The notes under the pieces were generated by a model. It was not told the origin of the DNA and searched no databases. It saw nothing but the letters and a program-made list of their open reading frames with translations. The position numbers and the translations under genes are program-made. From assembly GCA_030622545.1 (NCBI GenBank), contig JAUXGA010000009.1, forward strand, positions 42,203 through 106,202: a DNA stretch of 64,000 nt, in the 5' to 3' direction. Below are positions 27,842 to 38,359 of the stretch, in pieces (position 1 is the first letter of the stretch; every line of letters begins with the position of its first letter). This stretch comes from a bacterium (lineage in GTDB: Bacteria > Electryoneota > RPQS01 > DYHQ01).

Positions 27842-29536
27842 TCAAAAAATAAAATACTTCAGCGCATTAATAAAACTGGTTACCGCTTCCCAATAGTGCA
27901 TTAATTCTCTTAGAACAACTCCCCGATTGTACCAGGCTTTGGCAAAGTCGCGCTTGTAGATAAGGGCACTATCGTAACTGGCAACGGCTTCTTCCCAACA
28001 TTTCAAATTATCCAGGGTAATTCCCTGATCATATAGGGCATTTCCCCGACTGTACCAGGTATTGGGATCCTCACGTTTGTAAGTGAGAGCACTATCATAG
28101 CTGGCAACGGCTTTTTCATAACGTCTCAAATTAAATAAAGCAATTCCCCGGTTGTGCCAGACATCGGCGTCATCGCCTTTGTACACGATGGCACTATCAT
28201 AACTGGCGATAGCTTCTCTATATAGTTTCAAATTATCTAAGGCAACTCCCCGGTTGTACCAGGCATCAGGGTCATCGCCTTTGAAGAAGATAGCACTATC
28301 GTTGCTTGCAACGGCTTCTTTATAACGTTTCAATCTAGATAAGGCTACTCCTCGGTTGGTCCACGTTTCTGGAATATCGCGTTTGTAAACGATGGCGCTA
28401 TCGAAGCTAGCCAAAGCTTTCCTATAATACTTCAACTCTATTAAGGCATTTCCTCGATTGGTCCAGGCTCCGGGATAATCACGTTTGTACACGAGGGCAC
28501 TATCAAAACTGGTAATAGCATCTTCATGATGCTGCATGTCAGATAAAGCGATGCCTCGGCCGTCCCACACTTCGGGAATATCGCGTTTGTATACAAGGGC
28601 GCTATCGAAACAGACCATGGCTTCCTTGGTACGCCCGAGTTTTCTCAAAGCATTCCCGCGGTTATGCCAGGTTTCAGGACAATCGTGTACGTATGTGAGG
28701 GCACTATCATAGCTGTCGACTGCTTCTTCATAGAGTTCCAAATTAGCTAAAGCAATTCCCCGATTGACCCAGACCTCGGAGAAATCGTGTTTGTAAAGAA
28801 GGGCGCTATCGTAGCTGATAACGGCTTCCACGTAGTACTTTAATTCGTTGAGAACATATCCCCGACCGAACCAGGCGTCGGGGGAATTGCGTCTGTATGT
28901 AAGGGCACTATCGTAACTGACGAGGGCTTCCTTATAATGTTTCAGATGAAGCAGGACAGTTCCACGGTTGTACCAGATGTCGGGGAATGTGTGTTTGTAT
29001 AGGAGGACACTGTCCCAATCGGCCAACGCTTGTACCGTGTCTCCAGAATGGTAGTGCGTACTACCCAAGTAAAAATAAACCTCGGCTGTAAGATTGCTGT
29101 CTCCTTCAACATCTTTCAAGGCTAGCGTTAGAAGACTTTCAGCTTCAGTATAATTCTGCAGGCCGAGTGCAATCAGGCCTTTTTCGTAGTTCGTTTCCGC
29201 TGAGAGTTCCAAGTATCCAGCGCATTCCCGCAATTCCGCCAAGTAGCGAGCCGTGTCTTCTTTCAGAGTGGCGATTTCCTTAAGGGCTTCTGTATAGCTT
29301 TCCCAATTGCATTCTTTGATTGCGTCAACAACAACATTTCTTGTTTCTTCCCGTGTAAGCGGTTTAGGTGAAGGAGGATTTAGCAAAGCACCAGCGAGAG
29401 CAAAAACGGCTGTAATAACACCCAAGATGGCAACAAGGCGCACATTCACTTTCTTGCCTCGGATTAGAGGGATTACAGCAAGGAGAATTGCAATTAGAGC
29501 GGCTATTATAGCGAAACCGTAGCTAATCCATTCCAT
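27842..29536 (-). CDS. Membrane-anchored TPR protein with highly similar 34-aa repeats
   Basis: Two N-terminal TM helices, then about a dozen W(Y/T/H)NRG..L..L..Y.EA..S(Y/F)DSAL.YK.D units. Confidence 0.85.
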   Translation of the reverse strand: MEWISYGFAIIAALIAILLAVIPLIRGKKVNVRLVAILGVITAVFALAGALLNPPSPKPLTREETRNVVVDAIKECNWESYTEALKEIATLKEDTARYLAELRECAGYLELSAETNYEKGLIALGLQNYTEAESLLTLALKDVEGDSNLTAEVYFYLGSTHYHSGDTVQALADWDSVLLYKHTFPDIWYNRGTVLLHLKHYKEALVSYDSALTYRRNSPDAWFGRGYVLNELKYYVEAVISYDSALLYKHDFSEVWVNRGIALANLELYEEAVDSYDSALTYVHDCPETWHNRGNALRKLGRTKEAMVCFDSALVYKRDIPEVWDGRGIALSDMQHHEDAITSFDSALVYKRDYPGAWTNRGNALIELKYYRKALASFDSAIVYKRDIPETWTNRGVALSRLKRYKEAVASNDSAIFFKGDDPDAWYNRGVALDNLKLYREAIASYDSAIVYKGDDADVWHNRGIALFNLRRYEKAVASYDSALTYKREDPNTWYSRGNALYDQGITLDNLKCWEEAVASYDSALIYKRDFAKAWYNRGVVLRELMHYWEAVTSFINALKYFIF

Positions 29537-29788
29537 GTTCTACTTCCCATGATTCAGACGACTTGTTTACCAAAAAAACAGCGATTCTACTCACCTAACC
29601 GAGAGGCATTGAAAGCCATTTGCGATAGTTCACTCCCCCAAGTTACGAGAAAATCACAGAAAAGCAAGGGAAATTGATACAAACGCAAACAATAGCTGAC
29701 CCAAAGACGGCTGAAAAAGTTGTAGCATGGGGGAAATAAATTTCTTATATTAAATAGGTTTATGCTGTTTGCGAAAATGAGGACGAAA

Positions 29789-32353
29789 ATGACTTCTAAG
29801 TACCAGAATTTTATGGGGATGCTTTTGTTAGCAGTATTCGTGCTCTTCGCGTTCAATGCAGAGGCTGTGCAGGTACGCCCGAATATGCTCGATTCGCGCC
29901 TCGCCGAAGTGGAATTGACCTCGAAGGCTGATTTAACGGTAATCACAGAAGCCGGCGGAATTATCGACAATGTCCGAGGCAATGTTGCGCGCGTCTATTT
30001 GTTGGAAGAAGACTTCATCCAGCTTCAAACGCGCGGCTATACTGTGCGCTGGATTCGCGATGAAGCGAAGGAATATGGACGGTGGTTGTGGGAAGTAACC
30101 AAGGACACGGATAATCCACGCGCCGAGTATCACACGAACGATGAAATCGAAACGGACTTCATCAGTTGGCAATCTACATATCCAACTCTTTTTAGCTATG
30201 AATCCATCGGAATATCCTATGAGGGGCGAGACCTCTGGGCGGCCAAGTTATCCGATAACGTGACGACGGATGAAGCTGAAATCGAAGTGAAGTATATCAG
30301 CACGATGCACGGCGACGAACCCGTCGGTACGGAAATGTGCATGTATTTTATCGAAGATTTGCTGACACAATACGGCATTGACCCGGAACTGACCGAACTG
30401 ATGACTGATTTCGAAATCTGGATTATCCCGATGATGAATCCCGACGGCAATGCGGCTTCACAGCGGGTCAATGCTCAGGGTGTTGACCTGAACCGCGATT
30501 TTCCCGACCGAGTGGACGATTCCGTCAACACAACCGCCGGACGCGCCACGGAAACTGCACTCGTGATGGACTGGTCAAACGAGCATAATTTTGTGCTGTC
30601 AATCAATTTCCATACGGGAGCGCTCGTCGCCAATTATCCCTTTGATAATAACTACACACATACGTCGTATGTTTACACAGCAACCCCGGAAGATGATTTA
30701 TTTATTCGCTTGTCTCTTGCTTATTCGCAATACAACTCTCCTATGTATAACGGCTCATTTCCTCAGGGAATCACGAACGGTACCGACTGGTATTGTATTT
30801 CCGGAGGAATGCAGGACTGGAATTATGTATGGATGGGAGATAAAGAAATCACCGTTGAGCTCAGCGACGTGAAATGGCCTCCTTCGAGTCAATTGGATGG
30901 TTTCTGGGATGACAATCAAGTCAGTATGCGCAAGTATCTGCTCGAAGCGAAATACGGCGTGCGCGGCATCGTGACAGATTCTATAACCGATGATCCTCTG
31001 CGCGCGGACATCATGCTCGAATCCATTCCATATCTGACCTACAGCACCGCACTTCATGGGGATTACTTCCGCATCCTTGAGGACGGAACCTATTCACTGA
31101 CGTTTTCCGCGCCGGGGTATCAGTCGAAGACGTTTCCTTCGGTGGTTGTTTCCGGCGGTGTGCCGACCGTTTTGGATGTAGAGCTTGCCCGCGTACCGAG
31201 TCCGATTATTTCGACTGCTCCAACCGCCATCAGTGAGAGCATCGGCATTTGTGATTCGCTGGACGTTTCGTTTACAATAATTAATTCCGGAGATTATGCC
31301 CTTGACTGGTCTGCGGAAGAAGGCTTCATCCATGAAGGCGGTTATGGCAGTGCTCAGGGAGCCGGTTGGCGTTTTATTGACAGCGACCAGACAGGCGGGC
31401 CGGTGTACGATTGGGTGGACATCAGCGGGCTCGGACAGGAATTGGACTTCAACGACGATGATGAGAATCTCGGGCCGTATTTGATTGGTTTCGACTTTCC
31501 CTTCTATGGCCAGATATTCAATTCCGTTCGCGTGGCGGCTAACGGCTGGATTTCCTTCACATCTTCAGCCGAAGGGGAAACCTCATGGCGCAATCAATAC
31601 TTGCCAGATAATTCGATAGCTCCCGAAAATATCATCGCAGCGTGGTGGGACGATTTAAGCCCCCAGCTCACCGGGGCGGAAGTGCGCATTTATACGAACA
31701 ATTCAGATAGTCTGATTATTACGTTCAACAGCGTCGAGAGTTTCGCGAATGACGGCCTTTACACGTTCCAGTTCATTCTGCTCTCGTCAGGGGATATTGT
31801 TTTTCAGTACAACGACATGGGCACGAATCGCTTGAATTCATCAACGATTGGTCTGCAAAACAGCGACCGCACGAAAGGCTCGACAGTGATTTATAACGAG
31901 CTCTATATCCATGACAACATGGCCATCTCATGGTGGCCGAATTCGATGGTCGCGCTTGTGCCAGTGTCAGGAACCGTGCCGCCGCAAGGTTCGCAGCCGG
32001 TAATGGCTCGCCTGAAATCCTGTTGCCTGCCTCTGGGCGCGAGCTCCGGAATTCTTGAAATTTCATCGAATGATCCGGCGACGCCCTTGCTTGAAGTGCA
32101 GGTGGATTTGAACGTATCGGCACAACCGCCGCAAGCTGTTACGGATCTCGTCATACTTCCCGAACCGCCGAATGTACATCTTTTCTGGACGGCGGCGGCT
32201 TATGCCAATTCGTATGACGTCTATCGCAGCCAGAACTATCCAGTCGAGCTCATCCCGATGAATTTTGTCGAGAGTGTTTCGGATACGCATTACGTTGACA
32301 ATGGTGTCAGCGCAGATTCCGCCGGATTCTATGTTGTCACATCCGTGCAGTAA
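29789..32353 (+). CDS. Secreted M14 zinc carboxypeptidase, multidomain
   Basis: HGDE, MNPDG, DLNRDF, NFHTG, ITVELS; carboxypeptidase regulatory-like domain; start could be 29762-29813. Confidence 0.9.
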   Translation: MTSKYQNFMGMLLLAVFVLFAFNAEAVQVRPNMLDSRLAEVELTSKADLTVITEAGGIIDNVRGNVARVYLLEEDFIQLQTRGYTVRWIRDEAKEYGRWLWEVTKDTDNPRAEYHTNDEIETDFISWQSTYPTLFSYESIGISYEGRDLWAAKLSDNVTTDEAEIEVKYISTMHGDEPVGTEMCMYFIEDLLTQYGIDPELTELMTDFEIWIIPMMNPDGNAASQRVNAQGVDLNRDFPDRVDDSVNTTAGRATETALVMDWSNEHNFVLSINFHTGALVANYPFDNNYTHTSYVYTATPEDDLFIRLSLAYSQYNSPMYNGSFPQGITNGTDWYCISGGMQDWNYVWMGDKEITVELSDVKWPPSSQLDGFWDDNQVSMRKYLLEAKYGVRGIVTDSITDDPLRADIMLESIPYLTYSTALHGDYFRILEDGTYSLTFSAPGYQSKTFPSVVVSGGVPTVLDVELARVPSPIISTAPTAISESIGICDSLDVSFTIINSGDYALDWSAEEGFIHEGGYGSAQGAGWRFIDSDQTGGPVYDWVDISGLGQELDFNDDDENLGPYLIGFDFPFYGQIFNSVRVAANGWISFTSSAEGETSWRNQYLPDNSIAPENIIAAWWDDLSPQLTGAEVRIYTNNSDSLIITFNSVESFANDGLYTFQFILLSSGDIVFQYNDMGTNRLNSSTIGLQNSDRTKGSTVIYNELYIHDNMAISWWPNSMVALVPVSGTVPPQGSQPVMARLKSCCLPLGASSGILEISSNDPATPLLEVQVDLNVSAQPPQAVTDLVILPEPPNVHLFWTAAAYANSYDVYRSQNYPVELIPMNFVESVSDTHYVDNGVSADSAGFYVVTSVQ

Positions 32354-32404
32354 TTTGTACGAACCAAAAAAGAAATCATGGATAGGAAACATTGAGGTCA
32401 AACT

Positions 32405-34672
32405 ATGAGAATCGTCCCAAAGCTATTTGTGTTTCTGTTTGTCGCCTTAATGGTGACGACCGCCTTCGGTCAGGACGTCTATCGCAATCACATGTTGATA
32501 GAAGTTTATCCTGAGTCCGAAGCAAGACTGCAAGCTCTCTATCAATTTCATCAATTGGATATCATTCCGGGTCCATCGCGTGACATCCCGCATATCGCCG
32601 CTTATCTGGAAGACCTCGAACTGCTGCAGGAGGAAGGGTACGCTTATGAAATTATCCACGAGAATCTGGAAAAATTCTACGCGAATCGTCTCGGCGGCAG
32701 ATTGGATGACATGGGCGGTTATCATACGTACAGTGAAATTGTCACCTTCTTGGACCAGATTCACGCGGATCATCCCACTATTACGACAGCCAAATTCAGT
32801 GTCGGCCAATCTCTCGAAGGACGCGAGATCTGGGGTATCAAGCTCTCGGACAATCCCGATTTAGACGAGAACGAACCGGAAGTTTTCTTTAACTCGCTAA
32901 TTCATGCCAGAGAACCGATGGGTATGGAAGTATTGCTCTATTTCATGGATTATCTAACAGACAATTATGGTGACAGTGCGGACGCAATCGACATCATAGA
33001 TAACCGCGAGATATGGTTCATCCCCTGTATGAATCCTGATGGTTATGTCTACAACGAAACGACGAATCCGGGTGGTGGCGGCATGTGGCGTAAAAATCGC
33101 CGGAATAACGGCGACGGCGAATGGGGTGTTGACCTCAACCGAAATTGGGGTGCTTACTGGGGTTATGATGATAACGGTTCATCGCCGTACACATGGAGTG
33201 AAACCTATCGCGGCACAGCGGCTTTCTCAGAGCCGGAAACGGATAATGTCAGCCAGTTTATCCTATCGCGAAATTTCGTCAGTGGCTGTGATAACCACAC
33301 CCATGGGGAATGGCTCCTTGTTCCCTATGGTTCAAGCTATTTCGGAGGTGACGGATATACGGACGACCATGACACTTTCATGATGGTTGTTGACTCGATG
33401 GCTCAACTCATTTACGAGGTCAACGGCAATTGGTACACAGCAGGACCTCCATGGGAGACCCTTCATTATAATGTGAACGGCGGTTCGTTCGATTGGGAAT
33501 ATGATTCTGTAGGAATGTTCTCGATCTCGCCGGAGCTCGGAACTTCTTTCTGGCCGTCCTCAGGAGATATTTTGCCTTCATGCCAAGAGTGGCTTCCGGC
33601 GAATATTTTCTTTGCTCGTATCGCAGGTTCCCTTGTACCACCTCCCTACAGGATTGCTTATAATGGCCAGTGCCAGAGCGAGTGGTCCGGTGACGGTGAC
33701 GGTACGACCGAACCGGACGAAGGACTGGAACTGACGGTGACGATAGAAAATACCGGAACAGATTTGCTTATTAATCTGCACGGCACCCTCGCCACGACTG
33801 ATCCCTACGCTGTCGTGATACAAAGTGAGTCCGATTGGCCGACCTTAGCCAACGACGAAACTGGCGAGAACACAACCGATTTTCAAGTGTCGGTCTCAGC
33901 AGGTTGCCCGGCAACCTATTTCATTCCGCTTACGCTTCATATGACTGCGGACGGCGGACTCGATACAACGCTGAACCTTACGGCGACAGTCGGCGTCACG
34001 ATGCTGGCTGACGATGTTGAAAGCGGCGCTGGAGAATGGACAACAGGCGGCACCGGCGACCTCTGGCATATCTCGACGCGCCGGGCAGACTCTCCTACCC
34101 ATAGTTGGTACTGCGGCAATGAAGTCAGCGGTGAGCACAACAACAATATGAACTGCTGGCTTCTTTCGGATACCCTGATTTTACCGGCGGACGCATCTCT
34201 TTCATGGGACCACTGGTATGACTTGGAATCAGGCTATGACTACGGTTATGTCGAGATGGACACGGGCACAGGATGGACGGCCGTGGGCTCTTCGGTAAAT
34301 GGTGTATCCGGTGGCTGGATTCATGAAGAGGAAGACCTCGGTATCACATGCAACGGAACGATGGCGCAGATTCGGTTCCGTATGTACAGCGATGTGTACG
34401 TGACCGAAGAGGGTTGGTATATTGACGACATCTCCGTGACGGGACCTCCCGGAAAGATTACGGACCTGGTAATCTCCGCAGACGGTAATGACATCCATCT
34501 CTACTGGCAGGCGTCTTCCAACGCAGGCGGCTACAGCATCCGTCGTTCGCTCGAACCGTTCGGCACGTTTACTGAAATCGGAACCGTCATCGCGGATTCA
34601 CTGCATTTCGAGCATACGAACGGCGCAGGGTCAGACGTCCGCGCTTTCTATTGCGTCGTCGCCACCGATTAA
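32405..34672 (+). CDS. Secreted M14 zinc carboxypeptidase (carboxypeptidase T-like), multidomain
   Basis: HARE, MNPDGY, WRKNRR, DLNRNW, YRGTAAFSEPET; GWYIDD module. Confidence 0.92.
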   Translation: MRIVPKLFVFLFVALMVTTAFGQDVYRNHMLIEVYPESEARLQALYQFHQLDIIPGPSRDIPHIAAYLEDLELLQEEGYAYEIIHENLEKFYANRLGGRLDDMGGYHTYSEIVTFLDQIHADHPTITTAKFSVGQSLEGREIWGIKLSDNPDLDENEPEVFFNSLIHAREPMGMEVLLYFMDYLTDNYGDSADAIDIIDNREIWFIPCMNPDGYVYNETTNPGGGGMWRKNRRNNGDGEWGVDLNRNWGAYWGYDDNGSSPYTWSETYRGTAAFSEPETDNVSQFILSRNFVSGCDNHTHGEWLLVPYGSSYFGGDGYTDDHDTFMMVVDSMAQLIYEVNGNWYTAGPPWETLHYNVNGGSFDWEYDSVGMFSISPELGTSFWPSSGDILPSCQEWLPANIFFARIAGSLVPPPYRIAYNGQCQSEWSGDGDGTTEPDEGLELTVTIENTGTDLLINLHGTLATTDPYAVVIQSESDWPTLANDETGENTTDFQVSVSAGCPATYFIPLTLHMTADGGLDTTLNLTATVGVTMLADDVESGAGEWTTGGTGDLWHISTRRADSPTHSWYCGNEVSGEHNNNMNCWLLSDTLILPADASLSWDHWYDLESGYDYGYVEMDTGTGWTAVGSSVNGVSGGWIHEEEDLGITCNGTMAQIRFRMYSDVYVTEEGWYIDDISVTGPPGKITDLVISADGNDIHLYWQASSNAGGYSIRRSLEPFGTFTEIGTVIADSLHFEHTNGAGSDVRAFYCVVATD

Positions 34673-34715
34673 TACTGAGCGCATCCGCTTGCATTTGTCC
34701 AAATTCTTTCTTATT

Positions 34716-34752
34716 AAAGAGGCCACAGGCTCATCAATCCTGTGGCCTCTTT
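34716..34752 (+). terminator. Intrinsic terminator
   Basis: AAAGAGGCCACAGG/CCTGTGGCCTCTTT stem. Confidence 0.75.
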
Positions 34753-34758
34753 GCTTCC

Positions 34759-34956
34759 CGCCGAGGCAGATCCCCTGATCTGCCCGGAATGTTACAAATG
34801 ACCGCCGAGCGGGGTCCCCGACCCCGCCGCAAGTCGTCGCGGTGTTGTCCACCAGTACTGGTGGATTGCAGCCGATCCATGAGCTCGCCGAGCCGGGTTA
34901 GCGCTGTTTTCTTTTGGCTAAGCAATAAGGCTATCGCGCGTAACCCGGCCGGAATG
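34759..34956 (+). repeat. Cluster of palindromic repeats
   Basis: CGCCG units at 34759-34791, 34803-34833 and 34886-34956; GCGGTGTTG unit at 34839-34878. Confidence 0.85.
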
Positions 34957-34978
34957 AAAAAAACACTGGAGAACCATT

Positions 34979-36676
34979 TTGCTGCGGAAAATTTCTATTC
35001 TTATTTTTGCACTATCCATCGCGGCGTCGAGCAGTTATGCCGCATCCCCCCGTCCGGTTTGCGCCCGGCATGCGATGGTCGTTAGCGCTGAATCTTTGGC
35101 GACAAATGTTGGCCTGTCTGTCTTGAAGAGCGGAGGGAACGCGGTGGACGCCGCCGTCGCGACAGCGCTCGCGCTCGGGGTCACCGAAGGATACAGTTCC
35201 GGATTGGGAGGAGGCTGCTTCATCCTGATTCGAATGGCGACGGGAGAAACCGTGGCGATTGACGGGCGCGAAACCGCACCGATGAAAGCGACACGCGACA
35301 TGTATATCCCGCGTGATTCTCTGGCGCCGACTGATTTATCCCAGACGGGAGTCTTAGCCGCGGGTGTTCCCGGAGAACTCGCCGCTCTTGATTTAGCGCT
35401 GAAGAGATTCGGTCGCTTACCGCTCACAGAAGTCATCAAAGGCGCGGTTGCTCTCGCCGATACCGGCTTTCCGATTTCGCGGTTTTACTGGGAACGGCTC
35501 GAATTTAACAAAGAAAAACTGAGCCGATTCCCCGGTACGCGCAGTGTTTTCTTCACCAGTGACACCACCGTCCTTCAGTGGGGTGAGCGGCTGATTCAAA
35601 AAGACCTCGCCGCAACGATGCGCGCTATAGAAAAGGCCGGAGTGGATACCTTTTACAGCGGCCCGATTCCACAGATGATCGTGGACTATGTTGCCTCTGA
35701 AGGGGGCATCCTCACCTTGCAGGATTTCGAGAATTATCGGCCACACGCCCGTGAACCGATTCATGGGAATTATCACGGCTACGAAATCCTGTCCATGCCT
35801 CCGCCAAGTTCCGGCGGCATTCACTTGGTCGAGATTCTGAATATCATCGAAGAAATCGGAATCGGCTACCTCGGAGCGGGGAGCGCCGGAGCGACTCATG
35901 CGATAGCTGAAGCGATGTCGCGAGCTTTCGCTGACCGCGCCGTCTATTTAGGTGATCCGGATTTCAGCACAATTCCTATCGAAGGGTTGACGTCGAAAGC
36001 GTATGCGTCCGAGCTTCGCGCAGGAATTCACCGTTGGGAGCATGTGAATCCATTCGGCGCAGGCGTGCCTCCCGGTTGGATGCCGGATACCACCGACGGT
36101 CACACAACGCACCTTTGCGTTTTGGATGAAGACGGCAATGCGGTGTCTTTGACCGCGACCATCAACACCGGCTTCGGCAGCGGTGTCGTCGTGCCCGGTG
36201 TGGGAATTATCTTGAACAACGAAATGGACGACTTCGTCACGAATCCCGGCATGCCCAACTATTTTGGCCTTGTCGGTGCGGAAGCGAACGAAATCAAACC
36301 CGGCAAACGACCGCTTTCCTCGATGGCGCCGACGATTGTGCTGCAAAATAGCAAACCCTACCTCGTCGTTGGAAGCCCCGGCGGGCCGCGAATCATCACG
36401 ACGGTTCTGCAGGTCATCGTGAATGTCGTTGACCATAACATGCACCTACAGGAAGCCGTTGACTTTCCCCGGATGCATCATCAATGGCTGCCGGATAGAC
36501 TCTTTTTGGAACGCGGCTTTCCGATTGATGCGATTGCCGACCTTCAACGGCGCGGCCACAAAATCGCTTACGGCGGCTTATGGAGCGGCGCAACTGCAAT
36601 CCTTTCCGACACCACCACCGGCATGGTCTTCGGCTCCACCGACAGCCGCATGGAAGGCGCAGCCCTCGGTTATTAG
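34979..36676 (+). CDS. ggt: Gamma-glutamyltransferase
   Basis: GGNAVDAAVA, IDGRETAP, PPPSSGG, catalytic HTTH, NNEMDDF, KRPLSSM, GSPGG. Confidence 0.95.
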   Translation: MLRKISILIFALSIAASSSYAASPRPVCARHAMVVSAESLATNVGLSVLKSGGNAVDAAVATALALGVTEGYSSGLGGGCFILIRMATGETVAIDGRETAPMKATRDMYIPRDSLAPTDLSQTGVLAAGVPGELAALDLALKRFGRLPLTEVIKGAVALADTGFPISRFYWERLEFNKEKLSRFPGTRSVFFTSDTTVLQWGERLIQKDLAATMRAIEKAGVDTFYSGPIPQMIVDYVASEGGILTLQDFENYRPHAREPIHGNYHGYEILSMPPPSSGGIHLVEILNIIEEIGIGYLGAGSAGATHAIAEAMSRAFADRAVYLGDPDFSTIPIEGLTSKAYASELRAGIHRWEHVNPFGAGVPPGWMPDTTDGHTTHLCVLDEDGNAVSLTATINTGFGSGVVVPGVGIILNNEMDDFVTNPGMPNYFGLVGAEANEIKPGKRPLSSMAPTIVLQNSKPYLVVGSPGGPRIITTVLQVIVNVVDHNMHLQEAVDFPRMHHQWLPDRLFLERGFPIDAIADLQRRGHKIAYGGLWSGATAILSDTTTGMVFGSTDSRMEGAALGY

Positions 36677-36721
36677 CTGGAGGCAAGGGGCTGAAGCCCC
36701 TTGTCCAATCCTAACGCACTG

Positions 36722-36750
36722 TTGACAATGTCAGACGGATTCCATATATT
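36722..36750 (+). promoter_or_regulatory. Sigma70 promoter with overlapping palindrome
   Basis: TTGACA-17 nt-TATATT; TGACA-A-TGTCA at 36723-36733. Confidence 0.7.
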
Positions 36751-36777
36751 GTATGCAATTAGCTGAGGAGTTCGTTT

Positions 36778-37197
36778 ATGGCCAAAATTGGTCAGAGAAT
36801 TCGTGAGGCTCGCAGGAAAGCCGGCCTATCACAGGAAGCGCTCGCCGATAAAATCAGCGTCAATCGCTCCTATTTGTCCCTTGTCGAGAACGGAAAATCG
36901 TCACCGACCTTCGAGTTTGTTGAAAAAATCGCTCAAGGAATCGACCTCCGTGTCGAAGATATCATTTTGGGCGAGCAGGGACGCTATCTGGTGTACGATG
37001 CGGAGGATGAAGCGCCCATGTATGATGGCCTCTCCGAGTTGCTGCAGGATCATCATCAAATGATTCTGATGAATATCACCGACGAGGAAATCGATGTCCT
37101 GCGGACGATTCGCCTCAACAGCCGCATTCGGCCATCGAAAGAGTTCTTCGTGCAGGCTCTCCTTGATTTCCGCAAATCAAAACAATCCCCACGGTGA
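36778..37197 (+). CDS. XRE-family HTH transcriptional regulator
   Basis: IGQRIREARRKAGLSQEALA...SYLSLVENGKSSPT. Confidence 0.92.
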   Translation: MAKIGQRIREARRKAGLSQEALADKISVNRSYLSLVENGKSSPTFEFVEKIAQGIDLRVEDIILGEQGRYLVYDAEDEAPMYDGLSELLQDHHQMILMNITDEEIDVLRTIRLNSRIRPSKEFFVQALLDFRKSKQSPR

Positions 37198-37790
37198 AAT
37201 TTCTCCTTGACATGGCCCGGCGTCATGATATCGAGCTGCACTTCAAACGTCTGACCGACAGTGTCCGGGGATACTCGCTTCCGGAAAGAACTATCGTTAT
37301 CGATTTGGATCTTTCCGAAGAGCGGATGAACTGGACGTTTTGCCATGAGCTCGCGCATCTGCTTCAAGGCCACGGCAAACCGGACGGACCGGTTACGGCG
37401 CAGCATGAAAGAGAAGCTCATGACCAAGCTCAGGATTTATTGCTTCCTCCCGAAACGTTTCACCCCGACGCGCACCAGCTTTTTCTAACGGAACTTAAAG
37501 AACGCTATCCACAGGCAAGCTGGGAAGTCATCGCCCTGACACGGGTGCGTCACCGGCCCGGAGTGCTGACGATTTTCGATAATAATAAACGTACCGTTCG
37601 CACAGCTCCGCAACCCCTGCTTTACCCGTCTAAGCTTCATCCTCTGGAGCAAGCCGTAAGGCAAACCTTGAATGCGAACAATCCGACGGCACATCAAAAC
37701 GGAGATGATTTACAGGTGGAAGGCGTGTTTATCGATGAAGGGCGCGGCGTCGAGCGCATCATCCTTATTGCTGATTCAGACCATGAATAA
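37194..37790 (+). CDS. ImmA/IrrE-family metallopeptidase
   Basis: RMNWTFCHELAH (HExxH), downstream EREA...LLLP; GTGA overlap with the XRE gene. Confidence 0.85.
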   Translation: MKFLLDMARRHDIELHFKRLTDSVRGYSLPERTIVIDLDLSEERMNWTFCHELAHLLQGHGKPDGPVTAQHEREAHDQAQDLLLPPETFHPDAHQLFLTELKERYPQASWEVIALTRVRHRPGVLTIFDNNKRTVRTAPQPLLYPSKLHPLEQAVRQTLNANNPTAHQNGDDLQVEGVFIDEGRGVERIILIADSDHE

Positions 37791-37852
37791 ACCGCTGTAT
37801 CTGGTAGTGCCGCACGGCAGTGCGCTTGGGCATTCTGTCTAATGTAACAGCA

Positions 37853-38263
37853 ATGAAAAGCTTCCTAACAGCAATTCTGCTATCAACCATCTTACTATCA
37901 GCACAACCGTGCTCCGCCGGAGAAATTCACTCGCTGTATCATCAAACGAAAGAGGACAACGCGTGCGGCATCATGAAGCTCGAAAGCGGCCCCGATTTTC
38001 GCGTGTGTTGGCAATCGATGAAAGATTCGCGGGAAGCGCAGCCTGTTTATTTGGTTTTCCTGCGCCGGAGCGAAGACAGTGCTTGGTCATATTTCGACTA
38101 CACGGATGATACCTGCTTCGTTCACTATGGAGCCGCGCTCTTTTATCCGGATATTGTATATGACGTGCATGCGTACTTCGGTTCGGTGCGGAAGCTGCCG
38201 GGGTACCCAGTCGATCCACAGGAGCCGCGTATGCCCGGCGATGCTTTTCGCTCTTTCTGGTAG
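37853..38263 (+). CDS. Secreted hypothetical protein
   Basis: Signal-peptide-like MKSFLTAILLSTILLSAQPCSA. Confidence 0.55.
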   Translation: MKSFLTAILLSTILLSAQPCSAGEIHSLYHQTKEDNACGIMKLESGPDFRVCWQSMKDSREAQPVYLVFLRRSEDSAWSYFDYTDDTCFVHYGAALFYPDIVYDVHAYFGSVRKLPGYPVDPQEPRMPGDAFRSFW

Positions 38264-38359
38264 ATAGCCTGTTCCGATTTCCGATAAATTAAATTTGAAA
38301 GACCTATTAGAGAAAGCAAATTCATTAGTCGTTGAAACAAATCAACGGGAGGAAATTCA

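Noticed and set aside
34759-34956. CGCCG hairpins as ordinary terminators
   Set aside because: They lack U tracts, ignore gene direction, and here sit right after a separate bona fide terminator
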